Position numbers and translations under genes: made by a program | Part shown: piece after piece, positions 49,357 through 58,833 of the stretch | Numbering within the stretch: the first letter of the stretch is position 1 | Layout of the letters: each line of letters begins with the position of its first letter | The notes under the pieces: generated by a model | What the model saw: only the letters and a program-made list of their open reading frames with translations | Told to the model about the DNA's origin: nothing | Databases searched by the model: none | Assembly (NCBI GenBank): GCA_045541975.1 | Contig: JAZQKB010000026.1 | Coordinates: forward strand, 4,593-68,592 | Direction of reading: 5' to 3' | Source: Clostridia bacterium | GTDB lineage: Bacteria; Bacillota; Clostridia; UMGS1840 | Length of the DNA stretch: 64,000 nucleotides

Positions 49357-50108
49357 TGTTGAAAAAAGATTATCATTTACACCCGAATTTATTAAAAAAG
49401 CCTGAACAAGCGGATTTGTTCATACAGCGTGCGATAGAACTCGGCTTTCATGAAATATGCTTTACTGACCATATGCCCTTTACCGTAACAGGTGATGAGC
49501 ACGACCGTATTCCTTTCGGAAAAGTAAGAAAATACTGCGATAAAGTAAGAGAAAAGGCAGAAGAATACAAGGATAGAATTATCATAAGAACAGGAATAGA
49601 AATTGATTATCACCCAAGCTGTATAAAAGAAATCGAACAGGTTTTGTCAGAAGGTGATTTTGATTATATCATCGGCTCATCACATCTGAATATAGCAGGT
49701 TTCAATATTCCAATGGAGAACACCACACGCACAGAATTTGCAGAACAGGTTCTGAAAAATTACCTTTTAGCCGCAAGATCAGGTTATTTTGATACAATAT
49801 CGCATCTTGATGTGTATAGATGGGTATTTTCTGAATATCCCCTTCAAGATGATAGCTATACCTATCAGTCAAATATAGAAATAATAAATAAGATTTTTGA
49901 AGAGCTTGAAAAAAGAAGGCTAAATCTTGAAATAAATACAGCACCGTTATATAAAGGCTTTGATAATCTTGGTGTTTATCCCGAAAAAGATATTATTAAA
50001 ATCAGCCGACAGTATGAATTGAGTTATGTTTACGGCTCTGATGCACATACGGCTGATAAGGTAGGATTTGGTTATGATTTTTATGAAAAATTGTGTTGTG
50101 AGGAATGA
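49353..50108 (+). CDS. PHP-domain phosphatase (histidinol-phosphatase HisJ-like)
   Basis: DYHLHPN, FTDH, GIEIDY, SSH, SHLD and GSDAH metal-ligand motifs. It overlaps its neighbours by 4 nt on both sides. Confidence 0.75.
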   Translation: MMLKKDYHLHPNLLKKPEQADLFIQRAIELGFHEICFTDHMPFTVTGDEHDRIPFGKVRKYCDKVREKAEEYKDRIIIRTGIEIDYHPSCIKEIEQVLSEGDFDYIIGSSHLNIAGFNIPMENTTRTEFAEQVLKNYLLAARSGYFDTISHLDVYRWVFSEYPLQDDSYTYQSNIEIINKIFEELEKRRLNLEINTAPLYKGFDNLGVYPEKDIIKISRQYELSYVYGSDAHTADKVGFGYDFYEKLCCEE

Positions 50109-51664
50109 TTATGGATTTTGAAAAAATGACTTTAAAAGAAAAAATATACCAAACCTTTATTGTAGATAAGCATGAAATAGAACAAGAAAAAAGTGTTGAA
50201 GCTTTTTTTAGGAAATATCCTGTTGGAGGTCTTTATTTTTCCAATTCGTATGTTGCTGATTTAGGTGCATTGATGGCTGATGGTGCAGTTTCCGAAAGTG
50301 ATTTTCTGGAGAAATGCAGAAGCTTTTCAAAGTATCCGCTTTTTGTATGTGTTGATATGATAACACTTCCAAATGCTCCTGACATTGAAATTTCTGCCAT
50401 AGCAGCCTGTAAGGATGAAAATATGCATTATGCCTATGGAAAGTCAGTTGGATTATCATGTAATTACTTTGATGTTGACTGCATTTTAGGTCCATGCATT
50501 GATATGAAAATGGAAAGATGCGCTGATTTTAATTCAATGTGTACCACCGATGATGCTGTGTTTAACGGGAAAATGTATTCCCAGGTTGTAAGAGGTATTC
50601 AGGACTGTGGTGTCGCTGCAACAGCAAAGCACTTTCCGGGACAGGGAACTTATCATGTTAATTTCCATTTAGGACCGGGAAAAAATATATTCAGCTTTGA
50701 TAAATGGATGGATACATACGGCTACAGCTATAAAAAAATGTTTGAGAAAGATTGTATGTGTGTTATGACTTCGCATCTCACACTGCCTTCCTACACAAAC
50801 GAATCAGAAGAGGGGTATCCTCCTATAGCAACTTTTTCAAAAAAAATAACAGTTGACCTTTTGAAAAAGAAGCTGGGATTTAAGGGAGCAGTTATAACAG
50901 ATGCCCTTGTAATGGGAGGTATGGCTTGTGGAAATCAGGCTCTGGAAGCAGCACAGGCATTTAAGTGTGGCGCTGACTTTCTGCTTTGGCCTCCTATTGA
51001 AACAGCCGATATAATAGAAGAAAAAATATTAAGCGGCGAAATACCGATGTCAAGACTTGATGATGCATTGGAACGAATCAAAAGAGTCAGAAAATTTGTT
51101 GCTGAAAACAAAAAAACAATACCGTGTGATGCAGAAAAATATGTTATGGAAACTGTTCATAAAGCATACGATGGCGGAGTTGAGCTTATAAGAAACGAAA
51201 ACAGTGTGCTTCCATTAAAGAAAGAAGATAAAATTCTTGTTATAGGAAATGCACCTGACGGTTATAGAATGGATGCTGCAAAGAAATTTTATGAGTCATT
51301 GGTTGACAAAGGCTTTGATGTCGATTTTCAGAAATATTTGTTGACCTGTTTTCAAAAAGAGATAAATGAAATATGCGAGCCTTATGATAAAATTATTTTT
51401 GTGTTGAATCATCCTTATGTTGTTGGAGAATTTCCAAATTGTGCTTCAACAACCTGGGCATCTCATATTGTAGATCAAAATAAAAAGTGCTATTTAAATT
51501 TTTCTTCGCCATTTTTGGTTGACGATTATTATCCTTATGAATTATGCCTGATAAATGCAAATTGCGGAATAAATAAATATTCTGTTGATGCAGTTATAGA
51601 AAAAATGACAGGAAAATCAGAATTTATCGGGAAAGCCCATTTGAATTTTAATGAATTGCGTTAA
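50105..51664 (+). CDS. glycoside hydrolase family 3 protein
   Basis: The KHFPGQG motif and a VITDAL/MGG block of the GH3 N-domain, 519 aa. Confidence 0.75.
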   Translation: MIMDFEKMTLKEKIYQTFIVDKHEIEQEKSVEAFFRKYPVGGLYFSNSYVADLGALMADGAVSESDFLEKCRSFSKYPLFVCVDMITLPNAPDIEISAIAACKDENMHYAYGKSVGLSCNYFDVDCILGPCIDMKMERCADFNSMCTTDDAVFNGKMYSQVVRGIQDCGVAATAKHFPGQGTYHVNFHLGPGKNIFSFDKWMDTYGYSYKKMFEKDCMCVMTSHLTLPSYTNESEEGYPPIATFSKKITVDLLKKKLGFKGAVITDALVMGGMACGNQALEAAQAFKCGADFLLWPPIETADIIEEKILSGEIPMSRLDDALERIKRVRKFVAENKKTIPCDAEKYVMETVHKAYDGGVELIRNENSVLPLKKEDKILVIGNAPDGYRMDAAKKFYESLVDKGFDVDFQKYLLTCFQKEINEICEPYDKIIFVLNHPYVVGEFPNCASTTWASHIVDQNKKCYLNFSSPFLVDDYYPYELCLINANCGINKYSVDAVIEKMTGKSEFIGKAHLNFNELR

Positions 51665-51696
51665 TTCAATCTGATTTAGGGAAAGGGAATTTTAAA

Positions 51697-52803
51697 ATGA
51701 ATAAGCAAGATTGGTTTTACGATAGAAAATGGGGTATGTTTAATCACTATATAGGGTATAGCCCCAAGGGAGACATAAGAGCAGGTTGGAAAGAATACAA
51801 GGATTATAATGAAAAAATAAATAGGTTTGATGTTGATCAATATGCAAAAATTGCTCATGAAGTAAATGCAGGATATGTTTTTTTTACAATTATGCAGGGC
51901 GACAGATTTATGTGTGCACCGAATGATACTTTTAATCAGATAACGGGTTATAAGCCTGGTGAGGCTTGTTCGGAAAGAGATCTTATAGCAGATCTTATAA
52001 AAGCACTGGATAAATATAATATTCCTTTATTTTTATATTTCACGGGTGATGGCCCTTATATAGATGAATATGCAGGCCGTAAATTTAATTATCATAACCG
52101 TGAAAAAGAACTTGTTAATCCTGAATTTATAGAAAAGTGGACAGCGGTTTTAAAAGAATATGCAGTGCGTTACGGAGAAAAAGTTCATGGCTGGTGGCTT
52201 GATGGAACATTTGATTATCTTGGGTATGTTGATCATGATGATGACTATCTGAAGCCATATGCGGATGCAATAAAGGCAGGAAATCCTGATGCACTCATAG
52301 CATTCAATAACGGTGTGTTAAAGCTTGACTTTAATAATCCAATGTACGAAAAATACTATGACGGCGAAAAGCATCCACTCTCAAGGATAAGAAAGCTTGA
52401 GAAATATGCACTGGAAGGCGATGAAACTGCAAAAAACTTTTTTGGTAAAGTTGCAGGGATAAACACGAGATATTCAAAACATGAGAATTATACAGCAGGA
52501 GAGACTAATGAGTTCACAGAATATCCCAAAGGAAGATTTGTTGACGGTTTACAATGGCATATATTATCATTTTTAGGCGCAAATGAAAACTATAATAAAT
52601 TGTGGGGAAATTGTGCTTGGAACTCCATGGGTTGTAAATACAGTGCTGAATATATGTATCATTATGTAAAAAAATGTAATGAGCTTGGGGGAGTTGTTTC
52701 TATTGACACGTTTTTATATGATGATGGTCATATAGATTGGGGACAGTATGAAATACTAAAAAAACTCGGAGAATTAAGAAAAAGAAATGAGGTAACAAAA
52801 TGA
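51697..52803 (+). CDS. GH29-like (alpha-L-fucosidase-like) TIM-barrel protein, divergent
   Basis: RKWGMFNHY, AGYVFFT, DLIADLIKALDKYNIPLFLYF and VHGWWLDG parallel the GH29 blocks. However, the usual HHDGF block is replaced by MQGDRF. Confidence 0.45.
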   Translation: MNKQDWFYDRKWGMFNHYIGYSPKGDIRAGWKEYKDYNEKINRFDVDQYAKIAHEVNAGYVFFTIMQGDRFMCAPNDTFNQITGYKPGEACSERDLIADLIKALDKYNIPLFLYFTGDGPYIDEYAGRKFNYHNREKELVNPEFIEKWTAVLKEYAVRYGEKVHGWWLDGTFDYLGYVDHDDDYLKPYADAIKAGNPDALIAFNNGVLKLDFNNPMYEKYYDGEKHPLSRIRKLEKYALEGDETAKNFFGKVAGINTRYSKHENYTAGETNEFTEYPKGRFVDGLQWHILSFLGANENYNKLWGNCAWNSMGCKYSAEYMYHYVKKCNELGGVVSIDTFLYDDGHIDWGQYEILKKLGELRKRNEVTK

Positions 52804-53732
52804 ACAGCGGATCACTTACAGTAGGAAAAAAACCTTTTTGGAAAAGGTTAAGAAGGGATTTATCATTCAATAGATTTGCATATTTTTTAATAATTCCCGC
52901 AGTTGTGCTTACAATTATTTTTCATTATTTTCCTCTTTGGGGAGTAAAACTTGCGTTTCAGCAATATAATATTTATTCGCCTGAAACAAGTCCGTGGTGC
53001 GGATTGGATAATTTTATCACAATATTTAAAACCCCGGGATTGGTGCAGGCAATAATAAATACACTGTTGTGTAGCGTTATTGGTCTTGTTACAGGATTTC
53101 CACTTGAGATTATGTTTGCACTTGCATTAAATGAAGTAAGAAATACTGGATTTAAAAAGGTCACTCAGACAATATCATATCTACCACACTTCCTTTCAAC
53201 AATGGCTGTTGTTGGATTGGCAACTACAATGTTTTCAATGTATGGCCCTATCAATGATATTATTGATTTTTTGGGCGGAGAAAGAACAATGTTTCTTGCA
53301 CAGCAGAATATGTTTTTGCCTATCATTACAATTGTTTGTCTTTGGAAAAATACAGGTTGGAATTCAATCATATATTTATCTGCTATTTCCGGTGTTGATC
53401 CGACCTTATATGAAGCTGTAGCTATTGACGGTGGCGGAAGATGGCGACAGATATGGCATGTTACACTTCCTTGTATCAGACCAACCATAATCATACTTCT
53501 TATCTATAAATTTGGTGGATTGTTCGGAAGTACATTTGAGATTGTATATGGTTTCCAGAATCCTTTTGTTAATTTTGAAAATATAAGTACGATTATTTAT
53601 AAGCGTGGTATTGAGGGCGGACAGTACGGAATTTCTACTGCCATGGGGCTTTTCCAAGGTGTTATTGGATTTATTCTTCTTTATATTGCTAATTTCACTG
53701 CAAAAAAAGTTTCTGAAACAAGCTTGTTCTAA
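52800..53732 (+). CDS. carbohydrate ABC transporter permease (LplB-like)
   Basis: Six-TM MalF-type permease with an EAVAIDGGGRWRQIWHVTLP (EAA-loop) motif. Confidence 0.85.
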   Translation: MNSGSLTVGKKPFWKRLRRDLSFNRFAYFLIIPAVVLTIIFHYFPLWGVKLAFQQYNIYSPETSPWCGLDNFITIFKTPGLVQAIINTLLCSVIGLVTGFPLEIMFALALNEVRNTGFKKVTQTISYLPHFLSTMAVVGLATTMFSMYGPINDIIDFLGGERTMFLAQQNMFLPIITIVCLWKNTGWNSIIYLSAISGVDPTLYEAVAIDGGGRWRQIWHVTLPCIRPTIIILLIYKFGGLFGSTFEIVYGFQNPFVNFENISTIIYKRGIEGGQYGISTAMGLFQGVIGFILLYIANFTAKKVSETSLF

Positions 53733-53752
53733 CTTGGAAGGGAGGCAGAAAG

Positions 53753-54658
53753 ATGAAAAATAATGATGGCATCGGCTACAGAATATTTATAGTATTCAAT
53801 TATATCATTTTAGCTTTGGTATCCTTTACTATGCTTTATCCTTATTTGAATGTTCTTGCTAAGGCGTTCAATGAAGGTGCGGATACAGCCTTGGGAGGAA
53901 TTACATTCTGGCCAAGAGAATGGACTCTTGAAAACTTTACGGCTATATTATCTGAAGATAGTTTTTTCAGAGCATTGGGCGTTACAGTAGCAAGAGTTGT
54001 TCTGGCAACGCTTGGATCGTTGCTGGTACAGTTTGCCGCTGCATATACTATGGCAAAGAAGAATCTTATGTTAAAGACAGCTCTGACATTTTTCTTTATG
54101 ATTCCAGGATATATTGCAGTTGGAGTGATTCCTACTTATGTGCTCTATTCTGATTTAGGACTTTTAAATTCATTCTGGGTATATGTTTTACCGGGACTAT
54201 TCAGTTTTTATAATATGATAATCATAAGAACATATATGCAGTCCAATATACCTGACGCTTTATATGAAGCGGCATATCTTGACGGGGCGACGGATGTAAC
54301 TATATTTTTCAAAATAGTGTTACCTTTAACACTTCCTGTCATGGCAACAATTGCACTTTGGACAATGGTTGGGCAATGGAACGACTGGACAACTACGCTT
54401 TATTATATTACAACGCCAAAGCTACATACCCTCCAATTTAAAATGATGCAGGTTGTTAAGGAGTCTGAATATATTGAAAAAATGCGTGCGGCACTTCTTG
54501 CACAGGGAGCAAATGTTGAGGATATGGAGGTCAATATAACTTCTGACTCACTTATTTCAGCACAGGTTATAATAACTACTGTTCCGATTATAGCTGTTTA
54601 TCCTTTCCTGCAGAAATATTTTGTTAAAGGTGTTACACTTGGAAGTATTAAAGGCTAA
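53753..54658 (+). CDS. carbohydrate ABC transporter permease (LplC-like)
   Basis: EAAYLDGATDVTIFFKIVLPL EAA-loop, 301 aa. Confidence 0.85.
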   Translation: MKNNDGIGYRIFIVFNYIILALVSFTMLYPYLNVLAKAFNEGADTALGGITFWPREWTLENFTAILSEDSFFRALGVTVARVVLATLGSLLVQFAAAYTMAKKNLMLKTALTFFFMIPGYIAVGVIPTYVLYSDLGLLNSFWVYVLPGLFSFYNMIIIRTYMQSNIPDALYEAAYLDGATDVTIFFKIVLPLTLPVMATIALWTMVGQWNDWTTTLYYITTPKLHTLQFKMMQVVKESEYIEKMRAALLAQGANVEDMEVNITSDSLISAQVIITTVPIIAVYPFLQKYFVKGVTLGSIKG

Positions 54659-54682
54659 GAAAGTTTCTTGAGGAGGACAAAA

Positions 54683-56923
54683 ATGGGAAACTTAATCGAA
54701 TTGAAATGCGACTTACTTGTTGCAGGTGGGGGAATTGCAGGAATTTGTGCCGCAGTTGCCGCTGCAAGAAAAGGAGTAAGTGTTGTTCTTATAAATGACA
54801 GATCAGTTCTTGGAGGAAATGCATCAAGTGAAATACAGGTGCCGATATCAGGTGCTTGTCATCATGAGTTTAATGCAGCAATTTATGTTAAAGAAACAGG
54901 AATTGTTGATGAATTAAGGCAGAGATCTATTGATCTGAAATCAGGAGGAGGTTACGCTTCACACGGTTTTATAGCGACAGACGCTGTATATCTGGATGCT
55001 GTTTATAATGAAGAAAATATAAATCTTATTTTAAACACAGTTGTTACAGGATGTCTGACGGAAAACGGAAGAATTATTTGTGCTTATGCGAAGCATAGCG
55101 TGAACGGAAACGATTATCATATTTATGCTGACAACTATATTGATTCAACAGGTAACGGTATGCTTGCTTTTGAGGCAGGTGCGGAATACAGAATAGGAAG
55201 AGAAGCAAAAAGTGAATTTAATGAATCAGAAGCACCTGAAGTGGCAGATAAATGTACTATGGGAAATACTATTTTATTTGATGCCGAGGAAGCCGACCGA
55301 GAGGTTGTTTACAAGGCTCCCGATTTCGCGATGGATATTACAAAAACAGATTTTTTTAAGCATCTTCATATAAAAGAAAATTTCCGTGCTATCAACACAG
55401 GCGGAGCACACTGGTCGTATGAATACGGTGGTCAGGTCGATATATTAAACGACCATAACGACATTGAAAAGGAGCTCAGAAGCTTTGCATACGGCGTGTG
55501 GGATTATGTTAAAAACAGCGGAGAATTTTCTGATGTGAAGAATAAACGCTTGAGTAAGATGTGCGTTAAAGCAGGAACGAGAGAATCAAGAAGAATTGTT
55601 GGAGATTATATTTTAACCGAAAATGATATTGAAAACAAAGTGAATTTTGAGGATTCTGTAGCTTATGGCGGATGGCCTATGGATGTTCACGCACCCAAAG
55701 GGATGTATGATTCCATACCTGCTTCAAATTTCATTCCTGTCACAGGTACATATAACATTCCTTTCAGATGCCTTTATTCAAAAAATATAGAAAATCTGAT
55801 GATGGCAGGAAGAGATATAAGCGTAACACATATAGCATTAGGTTCAACACGAGTTATAGCAACTTGTGCAACAACAGGTCAGGCAGTGGGAACGGCGGCA
55901 TATATCTCAAAAAAATACGGAGCAACACCCCGTGAAATTTACAAAAATCACATTGAAGAACTGAAATATACATTACTTGCGGATGACCAGCCGATACTTC
56001 ATATAAAAGAGCAGGGAATGAATGCAGAGGTAAGTGCAACAAGCGAGGCGGTATATGAAAATGTGGCATTTAATGAATATATGGCATTAGACCGCGATTA
56101 TGCACTTTCGCTTATGCTTGACAGCAAAAAGCTGAATAGCTTTAAGATTCATCTAAAGGCTCAGAATAAGACAAAATTAAGCTGTAAAATATTTACAGGA
56201 ATACATCCTGAAACATATCTTCCTGAAATTCGTCTTAAAAAGATTGAAACAGATATAGAAGCAGGTTTTGAAGGATGGAAAGAGCTTAAAATTGATTGCG
56301 ATGTTGGAGCAGACAGCAAGATATGTGTTGTTTTTGAAAAAAATGAAGATATATCCATTGCAACCGGAAAAGCGAGAGTAATGGGAGCAATCACTCACAG
56401 AATGCATAAGGAAATAACTGACGATGGCAGAGACCACGACAGTATCCCTCTTGATAAGGATAAAACGGGCTATTGCTATTTTGACCACAGATATGAAAAA
56501 GGAAAAAATATTCTTTTTTGCGATATAAAACCAAAACAAACAGTTTTTGCAGCAAAGAATGTAATAAATGGCTACAGACGCCCCTACGGAACACAGAATT
56601 TGTGGAAAGCGTCTGACAATAATGAGCAAAAGCTTATACTTACATTAAACGAAGAAATAAATTCAGATGGTTTTTATTTTGTGTTTGACAATGAACTTCA
56701 TCTTGACCGTTTTTGGAAAATGCCTGCTGTTCTGACTTCGGATTTTATTGTTGAGATTGAAGATAAAAACGGAGTAAGAGAGTATTTCGTGAAAGACAAT
56801 ATTCAGCGAGTGTATAAGCTTAATGACAAATTTAAGGGTGTTAAAAAAATTCAGCTTACCATAAAGAAAACCTATGGAAAAGAAGCGGGAGTTTATGCAA
56901 TACAGCCCATTATAAATGATTAA
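54683..56923 (+). CDS. FAD-dependent oxidoreductase (large, PUL-associated type)
   Basis: N-terminal CDLLVAGGGIAGICAAVAAARKG dinucleotide-binding motif. The ATG at 54683 follows gaggagg. About 746 aa with a long C-terminal extension. Confidence 0.7.
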   Translation: MGNLIELKCDLLVAGGGIAGICAAVAAARKGVSVVLINDRSVLGGNASSEIQVPISGACHHEFNAAIYVKETGIVDELRQRSIDLKSGGGYASHGFIATDAVYLDAVYNEENINLILNTVVTGCLTENGRIICAYAKHSVNGNDYHIYADNYIDSTGNGMLAFEAGAEYRIGREAKSEFNESEAPEVADKCTMGNTILFDAEEADREVVYKAPDFAMDITKTDFFKHLHIKENFRAINTGGAHWSYEYGGQVDILNDHNDIEKELRSFAYGVWDYVKNSGEFSDVKNKRLSKMCVKAGTRESRRIVGDYILTENDIENKVNFEDSVAYGGWPMDVHAPKGMYDSIPASNFIPVTGTYNIPFRCLYSKNIENLMMAGRDISVTHIALGSTRVIATCATTGQAVGTAAYISKKYGATPREIYKNHIEELKYTLLADDQPILHIKEQGMNAEVSATSEAVYENVAFNEYMALDRDYALSLMLDSKKLNSFKIHLKAQNKTKLSCKIFTGIHPETYLPEIRLKKIETDIEAGFEGWKELKIDCDVGADSKICVVFEKNEDISIATGKARVMGAITHRMHKEITDDGRDHDSIPLDKDKTGYCYFDHRYEKGKNILFCDIKPKQTVFAAKNVINGYRRPYGTQNLWKASDNNEQKLILTLNEEINSDGFYFVFDNELHLDRFWKMPAVLTSDFIVEIEDKNGVREYFVKDNIQRVYKLNDKFKGVKKIQLTIKKTYGKEAGVYAIQPIIND

Positions 56924-56967
56924 AAATATTTATAAATAAATTTTAATTTCGGAAAGGAAGAAATAAA

Positions 56968-58827
56968 ATGAAAAAAGTAAGAGTAATAGCAGTAATGCTT
57001 ATCACAGTTATGCTTATACTTACTTTAAGCTCTTGTGGTAACAATGAAAAAAATAATGAGGTTGAAATTGATACTTCAAAGTTTTTTGATTTCAATCAGT
57101 ACAAGGATTCAGAGGATATTCCTTCATGGGAAGGTGAACAGCTTAAGCTCATTCTCTGGTCAAGAGCGAGTGAACCGGCTGACAGTAATATCGGAAAAAC
57201 AAGTGAATACGATTGCATCAACAAGGAAGCACTCAGAATTACAGGTGTAACTATGGATTCCGATCTTTCGTTTGATAATTCAGGCTCAAGTGCCGACGCA
57301 AGAATTGCAAAAATGATTGCTACAGACAGTTATCCTGATATAGCAACCGGTATTCCTGACCCATCAGGGCTGATTCAGAAAGGCGTTCTTTACAGACTTG
57401 ATGAATATGTGGAAAAATATGCACCGACAGTATATAAGCTTTTTGGACCTGATTCAAAAACCTATGGCGCTGAATGGAACAGACAGATGAAAAAATACGG
57501 CGGAGTTTACTCGATTTCACTTTCAGGAAATACAACGGCAGTTAAAAAAATAACAAAGGATGACGGAAATTACGATTTAACCGATGAACAGCTGTTGAGT
57601 GTATCAGGTGTTCCTGCGACCGAAAAGGGCGGTTTCTACGTGCGTGCAGATATTTTAGAAAAAATATATCCTGAATCTCACACAACAGAAGAGCTTAAAG
57701 CAATTTATGAGAAGAACGGCAAATTTACAAAAGAGGAAGTTTTTGATGTTCCTATCAACAGCCGTGAGGATTTTATAGAGTTTGCTTATAAGGTTAAAGA
57801 TGTTTTAGCCGAAATGGGAGAAAAGGAATCCTATGCAATGTATACCCATACAGGTGCTGACAACTGGCCACTTCTTACAACTTTTTCAAAGATTATGGGA
57901 TATAATGCAAACTACTTCTCATACTGGGATAAGGAAACTAAACAAATTGAATATACCTTTAAACAGGATTGGTTTAAGGATGTACTTAAAATTTACAATC
58001 AGTTTATAAGAGATGGTGTTGCTTCAAAAGAAGCACTTATTGATACAAGTACGCAGTTTAATGAAAAAGTTAATTCAGGAAAATATGGAATACTTCTGTC
58101 AAACCCTCCATCAGGCGGAAAGTATAAGTATAGAAGAGTGTGGGTAAATTACGGTTTTGATACCGATAAATTTGTTACCTTCAGCTCTAGCGACGCACTT
58201 ACTATGAGAATATCGTTCTTTAATAAAAATATTAACGAGCAGCAGCTTATTCAGGCACTCAGATATTTAGAATTTATGGCGAGTGATCCCGGTCAAAAAC
58301 TTACATACTGGGGACCAAAATCATTGGGCTTATATACAGAGGATGAAAACGGAAATCTTCGTTATAATGATCCTGCTTTAGAGATGGAAATGTTAAATAA
58401 CGCAGGAATTGATTTGAGAAGAAAATATGGATTATTTGGCACATGGCCTCCTGTAATGGGAGTTCCTGCTTCTAAATTCGCACCGAAGGTATTTTACACT
58501 GATAAATTAACATGGGGAACTTTCTGGAATCCCGGTGCCATTGAAGAAACAAAGAGCCCTGAAATCGAGGGAACACCTGCTAATATTTATGAATCTACAT
58601 TTACTACAGAGATTGAAGAAGTTAAGAACTTCTGGGCTGCAAGACAGGGTTTTGAAGATGCACTTCAGATAGTATTTACATCAACAGACGATAAAGCCTT
58701 TGAAACAAATTATAAAACAATGGTTGATTATGCAGTTGAAAACGGTCTTACAGATGAAACCTTGAAAAAATGTAATGATTACTATGAAAATGTCCTAAAC
58801 AAGGATTATATGGGTTATTTAAAATAA
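56968..58827 (+). CDS. extracellular solute-binding lipoprotein (LplA-like, ABC sugar uptake)
   Basis: Signal peptide with lipobox LSSCG. The 619-aa size is typical of the large family-1 oligosaccharide-binding proteins. Confidence 0.8.
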   Translation: MKKVRVIAVMLITVMLILTLSSCGNNEKNNEVEIDTSKFFDFNQYKDSEDIPSWEGEQLKLILWSRASEPADSNIGKTSEYDCINKEALRITGVTMDSDLSFDNSGSSADARIAKMIATDSYPDIATGIPDPSGLIQKGVLYRLDEYVEKYAPTVYKLFGPDSKTYGAEWNRQMKKYGGVYSISLSGNTTAVKKITKDDGNYDLTDEQLLSVSGVPATEKGGFYVRADILEKIYPESHTTEELKAIYEKNGKFTKEEVFDVPINSREDFIEFAYKVKDVLAEMGEKESYAMYTHTGADNWPLLTTFSKIMGYNANYFSYWDKETKQIEYTFKQDWFKDVLKIYNQFIRDGVASKEALIDTSTQFNEKVNSGKYGILLSNPPSGGKYKYRRVWVNYGFDTDKFVTFSSSDALTMRISFFNKNINEQQLIQALRYLEFMASDPGQKLTYWGPKSLGLYTEDENGNLRYNDPALEMEMLNNAGIDLRRKYGLFGTWPPVMGVPASKFAPKVFYTDKLTWGTFWNPGAIEETKSPEIEGTPANIYESTFTTEIEEVKNFWAARQGFEDALQIVFTSTDDKAFETNYKTMVDYAVENGLTDETLKKCNDYYENVLNKDYMGYLK

Positions 58828-58833
58828 AACGGA

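Noticed and set aside
56161-56629. Antisense ORFs within the FAD oxidoreductase gene
   Set aside because: AT-rich antisense frames with no RBS. The sense gene is continuous and carries the FAD motif.
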